Below are positions 55,372 to 64,000 of a stretch of DNA of 64,000 nucleotides, piece by piece (positions within the stretch are counted from its first letter, which is position 1; every line of letters begins with the position of its first letter). The DNA is from a virus. Taxonomy: Duplodnaviria; Caudoviricetes. Below the pieces are notes generated by a model. That model saw nothing but the letters and a program-made list of their open reading frames with translations. It was not told the DNA's origin and searched no databases. A program made the position numbers and the translations under genes. The stretch is from positions 14,219-78,218 of IMG/VR virus record IMGVR_UViG_2773857766_000003; one strand, written 5' to 3'.

Positions 55372-56109
55372 ATGGCACTCGGCGCACGCATCAGGTACTA
55401 CCGCAACAAGGCAGGGCTCACGCTCGACCAACTCTCCGAGCTTTCAGGCGTGGAAATGGGCACGATCAGCGCCCTCGAGGTCCGCGACAGCACCCGCTCG
55501 GCATACGCGCGCAAGATCGCTTCAGCGCTGGGGCTCACGGTGGATCAATTGGAGGACGAGTCCGCGGACCACGACGTGGGCCCAGTGAAGGCAGCTCCGG
55601 TGCGTGCAGCCGAGCCTGACCCCCCCTATCTCGAATTGCCGGGCGATGGCCACGAGGCCGGCGAACTGGTCATCACCCAGTACCAGGACATCGGCGGCGC
55701 GATGGGGCATGGCTTCAATCTCACCGACAATCCGCCCGGGCATATCCGATCGTGGCGCGTGACGCCCGAATGGTTGAGGCTCAATGTTCCCAACCACACC
55801 GGGGTGAAAAACCTCTCCATCGTGACGGGGTTCGGCCCATCGATGAAGCCGATGTTCAACCCCGGCGACCCGCTCCTAGTGGACACCGGCATTCGAGTCA
55901 TCGACCACGAGGGCGTCTACTTCTTCCGAGTCGGGGACGAGGGCTTCATCAAGATCATCCAGCGTGTGCCCCAGTTCGACGGGCCGGGCATCATCCTGCG
56001 GGTCATCTCGAAGAACCCGGACTATCCCCCCTACGACCTTTCCCCCAAGAACCCGCACTTCGAGGTTCTGGGCAAAGTCCTGACCGTCTGGCGAAGCGAG
56101 CAATACTGA
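55372..56109 (+). CDS. cI: CI repressor (HTH + S24 peptidase)
   Basis: N-terminal HTH, GPSMKPMFNPGD, FIK, VLGKV. Confidence 0.93.
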   Translation: MALGARIRYYRNKAGLTLDQLSELSGVEMGTISALEVRDSTRSAYARKIASALGLTVDQLEDESADHDVGPVKAAPVRAAEPDPPYLELPGDGHEAGELVITQYQDIGGAMGHGFNLTDNPPGHIRSWRVTPEWLRLNVPNHTGVKNLSIVTGFGPSMKPMFNPGDPLLVDTGIRVIDHEGVYFFRVGDEGFIKIIQRVPQFDGPGIILRVISKNPDYPPYDLSPKNPHFEVLGKVLTVWRSEQY

Positions 56110-56117
56110 ACAGCGCC

Positions 56118-56345
56118 ATGAAAAAGCTGAGCAGCACAGGTATTGCCGTTGCCGGGATAGTCTGGCTCGCCCTGGTGTTCGCTCTATCTGGCGAAGCGGC
56201 CTGCCTTCCCCGGGCCTGCGATCGAGGCGACCTGATCCTTGCAGGGATTGCCGGGGCAGCCATGGTGGCACCAGCCTACTTCGCCACCCGGATGCTGGCG
56301 TCCGTCTTTCCTCGCCTCAACGATCCTGGCGACCCTTCGCGTTGA
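56118..56345 (+). CDS. Small 2-TM protein co-transcribed with cI
   Basis: Two hydrophobic helices flanking CLPRAC; followed by a terminator. Confidence 0.62.
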   Translation: MKKLSSTGIAVAGIVWLALVFALSGEAACLPRACDRGDLILAGIAGAAMVAPAYFATRMLASVFPRLNDPGDPSR

Positions 56346-56364
56346 CGGGTGCCCGCTCCAACCC

Positions 56365-56387
56365 ACCGCCCTCGGGCGGTTTTTTTT
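56365..56387 (+). terminator. Intrinsic terminator of the cI operon
   Basis: ACCGCCC-tc-GGGCGGT followed by a T-run. Confidence 0.8.
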
Positions 56388-56394
56388 CGCCTTC

Positions 56395-56444
56395 TCAACA
56401 ATTGTTTCTACACTTGTTGACGAACCAACTTCTACGTTTGTAGA
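56395..56444. promoter_or_regulatory. Three operators (OL-like)
   Basis: TCAACaattGTTTC (56395), TCTACacttGTTGA (56407), TCTACgtttGTAGA (56431); same consensus as OR. Confidence 0.82.
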
Positions 56445-56520
56445 ATTCATCCCAGGCAGTGACACCTCGTCACCCGCCCAGGGCCCATCGATCGCGAGCA
56501 GCCCTCTGGATCTTTAAAAA

Positions 56521-56688
56521 GAGAGCGATGTGATGGGCGGCGGCGTGGAAGCCAAGTCTTTGGGGTTCGACTTCAGGGAAAGACACGCACGGCAGATTGA
56601 CGTAAAGAGCCCGGCTCGCCGGGAAATTCATCCGGTCCGTACACGCGGGAGCAGGAGTAGCGCCCTGCCCGCCCTTCACATCGTTCTC
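56521..56688 (+). ncRNA. Candidate structured, tRNA-like leader RNA
   Basis: 20-bp closing stem 56521-56540/56669-56688, GCGTG/CACGC arm, GCAGG-8nt-CCTGC arm stacked on the 3' strand. Confidence 0.6.
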
Positions 56689-56884
56689 GCACTGGAACCT
56701 GCGGATCGCAACCCGGTGGAAATCCACCAGATTGCGGCAGCCCTTCGATGGGAAGTGGGCGTACACCGGTGGCGTGACGTACCGGGTGAGGCGGCAGAGA
56801 AGCGCGCGGCCAAGAACAGCAACACGCAACCAGGTGGTGTACAGCGGAGGTCGTTCCCTCCCACCTGCAGCCCTCCACGAGGGC

Positions 56885-56925
56885 AAAAACCGAAGCCACC
56901 TTTCCCCGAGCCGGCTTCGGTTTTT
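56885..56925. terminator. 13-bp inverted repeat / terminator
   Basis: AAAAACCGAAGCC...GGCTTCGGTTTTT. Confidence 0.7.
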
Positions 56926-56938
56926 CCAGGAGATGAAC

Positions 56939-57172
56939 ATGCAGATCAGCGAAGCGAAGATGGCCGGCGTCGAGGCCTTCCGGGCGGGCAAGGGCAGAGC
57001 CCCGGCCCTGAACCCCGGATTCGTCACGCGTGCCATCGAGGCCGGCAACCTGTTGAACCTGATGGATGCCTACCTGCACGGGTGGACCATCGCTTCGCTG
57101 GCGCACGATGCGCCGCTGCCTACCATGCCCAGTGTGGTGGAGCTGGCCCAGATCGAAGCCGCGGCGGCCTGA
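56939..57172 (+). CDS. Hypothetical early protein
   Basis: CAGGAG RBS. Confidence 0.7.
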   Translation: MQISEAKMAGVEAFRAGKGRAPALNPGFVTRAIEAGNLLNLMDAYLHGWTIASLAHDAPLPTMPSVVELAQIEAAAA

Positions 57173-57327
57173 CGGCGGCCGCCTCTCCCAACAGTTTCCA
57201 GCCGCGCCGGGGGCTCTCCTCCCTCCCTCTCTCTTTCCCCGGCGAGGTCGCATCCCGCGATCACGGCTCTTTTACACCGCAGTGCGCACCTGTCGCGCAG
57301 CGAACTCTTTTTTCGGAGGCTGAAACT

Positions 57328-57984
57328 ATGCCAGAAGGAAATAAAAGAAGTAGGTTCGAATGGAATGATGTCGCTTTAGAAATACTGCGATCAGGGTATG
57401 GATCCGTTGCTGCCGATGTTCTTGCTGAACGTATTGGATGCACCGTCAGCGCCGTTTACCAAGCCGCCAACAAGCGGGGGATTCGCAAGTTGGAGCGCAG
57501 TGTCGGAAACCCCGGGATTGATGGTTATCCGATTGGTCACGTCCGGCGGGACCGCCATCACGGTTTCTACGAAAAAAAGATTGCCGCCACCGGAAACCGC
57601 CGCTCCGACTGGCGACGGTTGGACTTGCTGGAATGGGAAGAAAAAAACGGCCCGGTCCCCGAAGGATTCATTGTTTACTGCCCCCCCGGCTTGGAGAGAA
57701 CCCCTGAAAATCTGTCAATCCGGAGGGCGAAAATCTCGACAGAAGAGAAGGAACTCCTTCATCTAAAGGCGGAGTTCAGCAGGAGAATTGCCGAGCTAAA
57801 GCGGCTGAGTAGGACGCCAGTCGCCCTAACCACGCCCCAGCCTTGCCAAACCTACACCGCCGCCGATGACGCGCTGATAGAGCAGTTATGCGATACGCAT
57901 ACCCACGCCCAAATCGCCGAGCGACTGGGGCGCAGCACTAAGTCCGTAGGAAACAGAATTTACCGCCTCCAAGGAAAGCGGTAA
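57328..57984 (+). CDS. HTH + degenerate HNH-like protein
   Basis: PIGHVR..GF, W..L..WEEKNGPVPEG; HTH at both ends; lower GC; GGAGG RBS. Confidence 0.72.
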   Translation: MPEGNKRSRFEWNDVALEILRSGYGSVAADVLAERIGCTVSAVYQAANKRGIRKLERSVGNPGIDGYPIGHVRRDRHHGFYEKKIAATGNRRSDWRRLDLLEWEEKNGPVPEGFIVYCPPGLERTPENLSIRRAKISTEEKELLHLKAEFSRRIAELKRLSRTPVALTTPQPCQTYTAADDALIEQLCDTHTHAQIAERLGRSTKSVGNRIYRLQGKR

Positions 57985-57987
57985 TTT

Positions 57988-58254
57988 ATGGACAGCACTG
58001 ATTTCTTAATCACCAAACAGCGTTTGGAAAAAGCGCTTGCTGCGATGGACAGCGGCAATTCCAGCATCGAGAAAGCACTTTTGATTGGAGAAGTTGCGCG
58101 AACTGCAATAGACGCGCTACTCCTCGACACACGCAACCCATTACCCAGGAGGAACCATGACCCCGAGCAAGACCAAAGGCAAGAACATCGATCACCTGCG
58201 CGAGACGCTTTTCCGGCAGCTCGACAACTTGGTGGACCAGGACAAGCCGGTTGA
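57988..58254 (+). CDS. Hypothetical protein, weakly similar to its downstream neighbour
   Basis: IEKALLIGEVARTAID vs LDRARLVCDTSRLLIE; 3' end overlaps the next gene. Confidence 0.5.
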   Translation: MDSTDFLITKQRLEKALAAMDSGNSSIEKALLIGEVARTAIDALLLDTRNPLPRRNHDPEQDQRQEHRSPARDAFPAARQLGGPGQAG

Positions 58255-58540
58255 CCTCGACCGGGCCCGCCTCGTGTGCGACACGTCGCGCCTGCTCATC
58301 GAAATGTCCAAGGTTGAAGTGGAATACGCCCGCGTGGTCCAGGGCGCAATCACGCTGCCCTTCATCGAGCAGCAGGAAGGCAGCGAAGAGCGGGCCCACC
58401 CGGAGTTGCCTCCCCCGCCGCCCGGAACCGATCCGGCCCTGTCTCCGGAGGACCGGACGATCCAGGCCCTGAACGCGGGCCCAGCGCCGAACCATCCGTG
58501 GCGCAACCTGGGCTCTCGCGTGCACCGCATGGAGCACTGA
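58157..58540 (+). CDS. Conserved-looking phage protein
   Basis: LRETLF..L..L....DLDRAR.....I...KVEVEY; AGGAGG RBS. Confidence 0.78.
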   Translation: MTPSKTKGKNIDHLRETLFRQLDNLVDQDKPVDLDRARLVCDTSRLLIEMSKVEVEYARVVQGAITLPFIEQQEGSEERAHPELPPPPPGTDPALSPEDRTIQALNAGPAPNHPWRNLGSRVHRMEH

Positions 58541-58583
58541 GCGCCCCACCCTCTCCTCCCTCGGCGGCCCCGTGCCGCCTTTC

Positions 58584-58611
58584 GCCCGGCCTTCGTGCCG
58601 GGCTTTTTTTT
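58584..58611 (+). terminator. Intrinsic terminator
   Basis: GCCCGGC-cttcgt-GCCGGGC-T8. Confidence 0.82.
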
Positions 58612-58631
58612 ACCCCCCCCCGGAGAACCCG

Positions 58632-58868
58632 ATGCGCTCCACCCCCAGCCCCAACTACACCACCGCCGCCGGCCTGGTCCTCGTGCTGCTCGCATTCCTC
58701 TGGGCGCAGCACGACGACACGCGGGCCGCAGAGGCCGAAGCGAACGCCCCGGTAGTGGCCGCCGCCCAGGCACACCGCGACCTGACGGCGCAACGCGCGT
58801 GCGAGCCCGGCGCCACCGCCGTGTGGATCGACCGCAGCACCGTCGAATGCCTGCGCGAGCGGCCTTGA
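58632..58868 (+). CDS. Small single-TM protein
   Basis: GGAG RBS, TM, C..G....W.....VEC. Confidence 0.68.
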   Translation: MRSTPSPNYTTAAGLVLVLLAFLWAQHDDTRAAEAEANAPVVAAAQAHRDLTAQRACEPGATAVWIDRSTVECLRERP

Positions 58869-58889
58869 CCAGCACCAGGAGGCACCCCC

Positions 58890-59381
58890 ATGCACCAGAC
58901 TGCCACCACCCCCGGCTACGCCGCCGCATCCGTCCTGCCGGGCGGGCGCGGGCCCGCACTCCACGTCACCGGCTTCCAGCTGCGCGATGCCCTGAGCCTG
59001 ATCGCTCCCGATGGAACCGCAGAACAGCTGTCCGCAATGCTCTGCATCCAGGCCGGGCCCGAGCGCCAAACGGCGCGTGGCGTTGAGCCCCAGGGGCTCT
59101 ACTGCTGGATGAGCCAGTACCCCGAAGAGGGCACCGTCCGGCTGGACGAAACGGCCAATCCAGACGTGGAGCAAGCCAGCCACGGCTCGGATGCCGTGCG
59201 CGTGGCGCGCCGCCTGATCGCCGCGGCCCGCTGGCTGAACCGCCATGTCGATTTCCGCAACCTGTCCGACGCACGGGAAGACGCCCACGCGCTGGCGAAC
59301 CTCATCTTGCGCGAGACGAAACCGCTGATGGACGCCCACATGCGCACTCTCACCAGCATCAGGACGGAGGGGGCAGGCTGA
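58890..59381 (+). CDS. Hypothetical protein
   Basis: AGGAGG RBS; GLY.W..YPEEG motif. Confidence 0.72.
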   Translation: MHQTATTPGYAAASVLPGGRGPALHVTGFQLRDALSLIAPDGTAEQLSAMLCIQAGPERQTARGVEPQGLYCWMSQYPEEGTVRLDETANPDVEQASHGSDAVRVARRLIAAARWLNRHVDFRNLSDAREDAHALANLILRETKPLMDAHMRTLTSIRTEGAG

Positions 59382-60001
59382 TGAGCACACGCATTTCCAT
59401 GTACCCGCCTGGCGGATCCGCCGGCCGACGCAGCGAGCAACCCGAACGCCGCCGCGAGCAGCAGCCCCCTGTGGCTCCGCCGCCTGCGGATAGTGCACCC
59501 GCGATCGCCGCCATGCAGGCACGGGGCTACGCCGCAATCGGACTACACCGTCCGAAGAACGTGCTGAACATGGGCGAGGTGATGCGGGCGGCGGGGTGCT
59601 ACGACGTTCGCCTCGTGGCCGTGGCGGGCCATCGCTTCGCCCGCGCACCCACCGATACGCAGGAGGCCTGGAAGCACATCCCCACCATCGAGGTGCCGGC
59701 GTTGCTGGATGCCATGCCGGTGGGCGCCGTCCCCGTGGCCGTGGAGTTCATCCCCAGCGCCACGCCCCTGCCGCAATTCGTGCACCCGGAGCGCGCCTTC
59801 TACATCCTCGGCCCGGAGGACGGCAGCCTGCCGGCGGAGATCGTGCAGCAGTGCCGCCATGTCGTATTCGTGCCCACGCGGTTCTGCATGAACCTCGCCG
59901 CCACGGTCAACGTGCTGCTGTACGACCGCCTGGCCAAGCAGCCCCGGCGGCCAGGCGTTCGCCACAGCAGCAGCTCCGAAGCCCCGGTCGCGACGGCCTG
60001 A
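59381..60001 (+). CDS. SpoU/TrmH-family RNA methyltransferase
   Basis: PKN..N.G..MRAA, YILGPEDGSL, CMNLAA.VN..LYDR (SPOUT motifs 1-3). Confidence 0.88.
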   Translation: MSTRISMYPPGGSAGRRSEQPERRREQQPPVAPPPADSAPAIAAMQARGYAAIGLHRPKNVLNMGEVMRAAGCYDVRLVAVAGHRFARAPTDTQEAWKHIPTIEVPALLDAMPVGAVPVAVEFIPSATPLPQFVHPERAFYILGPEDGSLPAEIVQQCRHVVFVPTRFCMNLAATVNVLLYDRLAKQPRRPGVRHSSSSEAPVATA

Positions 60002-60067
60002 CCGCCCTCCCCCCCCCGCCTGACCCGCGCGGGCCGGGCGAAACCCCACCTTCAAGAAAGCCCATCC

Positions 60068-60760
60068 ATGAATACCAGCGCACACGCCGCCCCGGAGGCT
60101 GCGACCCACACGACGGCCGAACTGCTCCTCCACCTGACCCTCGCCTACAGCGAACCCGGCAACGCGGCGTTCCCCGACGCACAGGCGCGGATCCGCAAGG
60201 GGTTCGATGCCGTCATTGCCGCACTGCGGCGGCAGCCCGGCATCCCCGCGGCCGACATCGCCGCGCTGGTCGATGCCGCCGCGGCGGGCGCGCGGTTCGA
60301 TGAGATCGCCGCGCCTGTCGCGGGGCTCACGAGCAAGCTCCCCGATGAGGAGTTCTTCAACGCCCTGCGCGAATCGGGCATGTTGGACGGGCTGGACTTG
60401 CGCGAGCGGCCGGCACCGGCCCTGCCGCCCCACCACCCGAAGTTCGTGGAAGCGATGGAGCGCCTGAACGAACTGCAGGAACTGCATGGCGACGCCGTGG
60501 TGCAGATGCCGGAGAACCGGCAGCTGTGGGACCAGGCTGTGCGGCACGCGCCGCCGCTGTTCCTGCAGGCCATTCGTGAGGTCGCCGCGGAAATGAAGAT
60601 GCTGCCCGAGACGAAATTCGTGGACGCCAGCGGCCAGCCCGTCTACTCCGCCGAGCAGATCGCGGACATGTTGGGCATGCCGGTGAACGAAGTGCTGAAC
60701 GACATCGCAGAGCTGTTCGGCGATCGACTGCCCGAGCGCGACGTGTTCCCGGTGCAATGA
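60068..60760 (+). CDS. Hypothetical protein with C-terminal HTH-like segment
   Basis: YSAEQIADMLGM. Confidence 0.7.
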   Translation: MNTSAHAAPEAATHTTAELLLHLTLAYSEPGNAAFPDAQARIRKGFDAVIAALRRQPGIPAADIAALVDAAAAGARFDEIAAPVAGLTSKLPDEEFFNALRESGMLDGLDLRERPAPALPPHHPKFVEAMERLNELQELHGDAVVQMPENRQLWDQAVRHAPPLFLQAIREVAAEMKMLPETKFVDASGQPVYSAEQIADMLGMPVNEVLNDIAELFGDRLPERDVFPVQ

Positions 60761-60791
60761 GCCCCGTGAGCCCCAGCAGAAGGAGCAAATC

Positions 60792-61649
60792 ATGATTCCC
60801 CACACCACTGATGCACGCGCGCGCCAGGCGCTGCGCGACCTCGAGCATGCCGTCGGTGCGTTGGAGCGCCTGCGCACCGATGACCAGCACAAAGACATGG
60901 TGCTGGCCGGCCAAGGCCCCGCCATGGACCTTCTGGCGGAGGCTCGGCGGAATGCGCGCGCCGTTCTGAACGACACAGCCCCGCGGCATGCCGAGAAGCC
61001 CGCCGAAACGGCGATGGTCGATGCTGCCATGACCGAGATGCAGCACATCGTCCCGCCTCTGACGCGCACCCAGTGCAGCCGGCTGGTCCGCGCGGCCATG
61101 GCGGCAGCCGGCGGTGCGGCAGCAGCAGCCCCCCAGCGCCCCGCCCTCCCCAGCACCGGCGAGCAGACCGAGGCGCGGAAAGCAGCGGCAGCGCTGGCCA
61201 CCCTCATCGAGGAAGCTCAGGGCCACGCCATCGCCATCCCGCCAATGGCCGCCACCGCGCTACGCACGGTGCTCCACGCCGCGCCGCCGGCTCGCGAGAA
61301 GGTCTACCCCCTGCTGCCCAAGCCTGACCATTCCGTTGACGGTGGCACGCAGACCTTCTACCGCCCAGACCAGATGCGCCGGTACGCGGACGACACGGAA
61401 GCGCTCCGTGATGCCTCCGCCGAGCACGGGCCCGTGTACGTCACCCGGCTGCACGTCACCGAACTGCACGGCACGCACCACCGGGATGGCAGTGTGCGCG
61501 GCGCGTGGTCGCGGTCCTACGACACGCTGATGCAGAGCCGGCTGCCGCCGCGCTGGATAGACCGGCTCCCACAGCGCGCGGCCCGGGCGGACATGGCAAG
61601 CAAGGCGGGCGCCGCAGCCTGCCCTTCGGACACTGAAAGGACCATATGA
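60792..61649 (+). CDS. Hypothetical mosaic early protein
   Basis: AAGGAG RBS; coupled to the next gene. Confidence 0.65.
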   Translation: MIPHTTDARARQALRDLEHAVGALERLRTDDQHKDMVLAGQGPAMDLLAEARRNARAVLNDTAPRHAEKPAETAMVDAAMTEMQHIVPPLTRTQCSRLVRAAMAAAGGAAAAAPQRPALPSTGEQTEARKAAAALATLIEEAQGHAIAIPPMAATALRTVLHAAPPAREKVYPLLPKPDHSVDGGTQTFYRPDQMRRYADDTEALRDASAEHGPVYVTRLHVTELHGTHHRDGSVRGAWSRSYDTLMQSRLPPRWIDRLPQRAARADMASKAGAAACPSDTERTI

Positions 61650-62425
61650 ACGACAGCAGCACCACCGCCAGCGGCGCAGCGCAGCCCGACCTGCGGACCG
61701 TAGTGAACTTCCTGTGCGGGAACGGCATGCTCCTCGGCCGCTGGTTTTTCGACGGCCCGCCGGCTGGAGAGAAGGACAGGTATTGGTGGCGGAACCACCT
61801 CCGAGCCTCGTTCGCGGCAGCGGAGCGGAAGGCGTATTCGCTCGACGCAGATCCGGACGGCATCCGTGCGCGCGCCGCCGACGCGATCATGGGGGCCCTG
61901 GCCTTCAGCGCCCAGGGCGCTGACCCGCCTCCGGAGGGCCACTGGCTCACCCCCTTCTGGGAAGCCGCGCAGGCAGAGGTTGCTGCACGCGCGCGCCTCG
62001 CGGCGGCCGGCCGGGAGGTCGGGCCCGCCTCAGACGCACGGGAGCCGGCATGCAAAGCCTGCGACGACACCGGGATGGCTGTTCGCTGCTACGACGGCGC
62101 GAGCATCACCCATGTGTTCGATTGCGATCAGTGCTCGCGGCCCGCTCCCGCGCCGGCTTCCCTCACGCAGGACATGGAATCCGTGTTGATCGACGGCGTG
62201 GCCTACCAGACGCCGGCGCCGGTGGCCGCCGAGCTGCTGGGCCTGCACCTGGAGGTCCGGGCGCTTACCGCCTTGGCAGCAGAGGCCTCCGATGCCCCTC
62301 CGACGGCGCGCAAGCCGCTGACGGATGAGCAGATCGATGGCTTGGCGGTTGACTCGGACGGGCTGCCAAACAGCCACCTGGAGTTCGCCCGCGCCATTGA
62401 GGCCGCCCACGGCATCGAGCCATGA
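61646..62425 (+). CDS. Hypothetical mosaic early protein
   Basis: CxxC..CxxC; PLTDEQI..FARAIEAAHGI terminal motif common in these genes. Confidence 0.7.
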   Translation: MNDSSTTASGAAQPDLRTVVNFLCGNGMLLGRWFFDGPPAGEKDRYWWRNHLRASFAAAERKAYSLDADPDGIRARAADAIMGALAFSAQGADPPPEGHWLTPFWEAAQAEVAARARLAAAGREVGPASDAREPACKACDDTGMAVRCYDGASITHVFDCDQCSRPAPAPASLTQDMESVLIDGVAYQTPAPVAAELLGLHLEVRALTALAAEASDAPPTARKPLTDEQIDGLAVDSDGLPNSHLEFARAIEAAHGIEP

Positions 62426-62631
62426 AGAGCCCCACTACAAACCGCCTGCGGCTCTCGCACGCCCAGCGCAACCTGCTGCACGCCCGGCTGCAGGGCCGCA
62501 TGCCAGCTCACCGACCCGAGACGATGCAGGCGCTTCATCGGCGCTGCCTCATCGCGGGGATTGACCATCAACCCACCCCGGCCGGGGCGGCGATCTTCGC
62601 CCCCAGGCCTGCTCCACCAGGAGGACCGTGA
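62422..62631 (+). CDS. Small hypothetical protein
   Basis: Overlapping start/stop coupling on both sides. Confidence 0.6.
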   Translation: MKSPTTNRLRLSHAQRNLLHARLQGRMPAHRPETMQALHRRCLIAGIDHQPTPAGAAIFAPRPAPPGGP

Positions 62632-62840
62632 TGGCGCGATTCATCCGAATCCCCAAGTTCTGCCTCGACACCGGCTACACCGACCGCGCAGTGGAAACCA
62701 AGATCCACCGCGGCGTGTGGGTCGAAGGCAAAGAGTACGTCCGGGCCCCGGACGGGAATGTTCTGATCGATATGGAGGGATACAACCGATGGGCCGCAAA
62801 GCATCATCCGGAGGTGTTAGACCACGCGGCAACCGCATAG
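62631..62840 (+). CDS. xis: Excisionase
   Basis: KFC..TGYT..AV..KI..GVW.EG.EY.RAPDG..LID..GY.RW. Confidence 0.88.
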   Translation: MARFIRIPKFCLDTGYTDRAVETKIHRGVWVEGKEYVRAPDGNVLIDMEGYNRWAAKHHPEVLDHAATA

Positions 62841-64000
62841 AGGTCCGCTTCACCTGGGAGGGCAAACAGGTTTCGCCCACGCTGGACCTGCGGCCCACGG
62901 CCGCCAACCTGAAGCACGCGGCGCGACTGCGCGCGACGATCGTGGAGGAGATCAACCAGGGCAAGTTCCGCTTCGCCGAGCACTTCCCCGACTACAAGAA
63001 CCTGACGGCCGTGCAGCCCGCCACGGATGAGGAATCCCGCCTCTTCCGCGACTGGGCGAAGGTGTGGGGCCGGCTTTCGGCCCGTGGGCTGGAGCACTCC
63101 TCGCACGCCGTCTACCTCCGCCATCTGGCCGCCTACTGGCTCCCGGTCTTCGGCCACCTGCCGCCGGAGCGCATTACGCACGTCATGGTGCTCGAGCGAC
63201 TGGCCGACCTGTCAGCCCCCCGCCTGGACGAGAAGACGGGCAAAACACGCCGCGCGCTGGCACGCAAGACGCAGAACAACATCTTGATCCCGCTGCGGGG
63301 GGTGTTCGAGCTGATCTGCAAGGCCCGCACCGAGGTGGTGGACCCTACCGACGGCATCGACAACCAGAAGGTGCAGAAGGCCATGCCCGACCCCTTCTCC
63401 CCCGATGAGGTGGAGGTGATCCTGCGCGCGCTGGAGGAGCAGGCCGGAAGCACATGGGCGGATTACTTCGAGTTCTCCTTCTTCGCCGGCTTCCGTGCGA
63501 GCGAGCAGATCGCACTCCTCTGGGAGGATGTGGATCATCGCAGCCGGACGGCGCTGGTGTGGCGAACCAGGGTGCTGACCAAGGACAAGGACCGCACCAA
63601 GACCAATGTGGAACGGCAGGTGGAGCTGAACGATCGGGCCTACAACGCCATCCGGCGCCAGCGGGCCCGCACCGAGGCCGCCGGCCGGGAGGTGTTCTGG
63701 AACCCGAACACCGGCAAGCCCTTCATCGATGAGCAGTCGCAGCGTCGCGTCTGGCGCGCCGCCCTCCGGAAGGCGGGGGTGCGATACCGGGCGCCGAAGG
63801 AATGCCGCGACACCAGCGTGACGCTCGCGCTGATGGCCGGGGCGAACCCGATGTGGGTGGCCCTGCAGCATGGCCACAGCGTGCAGGTGATGATGCGGGA
63901 CTATGCGAAGTGGATCCCGTCGGCCGACCGCGGGGCGAATCGCGCCGCCGTGAACGCTGCGATTTCTGGCCCGGCGCAGGACCAGAAAAAAGCGATTTAG
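62789..64000 (+). CDS. int: Tyrosine integrase with arm-binding N-terminal domain
   Basis: GFRASE (R), TKT (K), KECRDT, GHS, YAKWI (Y); GGAGG RBS before ATG 62789. Confidence 0.93.
   Translation: MGRKASSGGVRPRGNRIEVRFTWEGKQVSPTLDLRPTAANLKHAARLRATIVEEINQGKFRFAEHFPDYKNLTAVQPATDEESRLFRDWAKVWGRLSARGLEHSSHAVYLRHLAAYWLPVFGHLPPERITHVMVLERLADLSAPRLDEKTGKTRRALARKTQNNILIPLRGVFELICKARTEVVDPTDGIDNQKVQKAMPDPFSPDEVEVILRALEEQAGSTWADYFEFSFFAGFRASEQIALLWEDVDHRSRTALVWRTRVLTKDKDRTKTNVERQVELNDRAYNAIRRQRARTEAAGREVFWNPNTGKPFIDEQSQRRVWRAALRKAGVRYRAPKECRDTSVTLALMAGANPMWVALQHGHSVQVMMRDYAKWIPSADRGANRAAVNAAISGPAQDQKKAI

Larger units (their letters stand above)
6802..64000. mobile_element. Temperate podovirus-type prophage (~57 kb), Bcep22-like gene content
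   Basis: att fragment at one end and tyrosine integrase at the other; terminase, portal, N4-gp56-type capsid, ejection proteins; no tape measure or sheath. Confidence 0.93.

Noticed and set aside
56530-57327. N-terminal extension of the 484-aa ORF in the track
   Set aside because: It overlaps a better-supported small gene and the structured RNA; a strong RBS marks the real start at 57328.

Overview
GC-rich (betaproteobacterial-looking; host is only an inference) window made entirely of two adjacent prophages joined at a 26-bp tRNA-Ser 3'-end fragment (6802-6827). Left, 1-6846: most of a filamentous inovirus (zot/pI, pVI, Gly-repeat pIII, coat proteins, SSB, Rep_trans initiator with nick hairpin, repressor). 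Right, 6802-64000: a ~57-kb temperate podovirus-type prophage resembling Bcep22-like phages. It carries a 3401-aa polyvalent protein, ejection proteins, a methyltransferase-PAPS reductase fusion, tail fibres, an N4-gp56-type capsid, a CsrA-like gene, lysis genes, portal, terminases, a lambdoid replication and cI/cro switch, a SpoU methyltransferase, xis and int. Most notable unexplained signals: (1) a lone ParA-family moron preceded by six GCAGG motifs at exactly 19-bp periodicity; (2) a 15-bp motif repeated eight times ahead of late genes, four times 10-11 nt from an SD-less ATG; (3) an identical 22-nt GGA-loop hairpin in two late leaders, one directly behind a CsrA-fold gene; (4) a tRNA-like structured RNA after the leftward operator cluster; (5) an inovirus repressor whose C-terminus runs through the shared att site. 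All protein calls come from motif recognition by eye, with no database searches.
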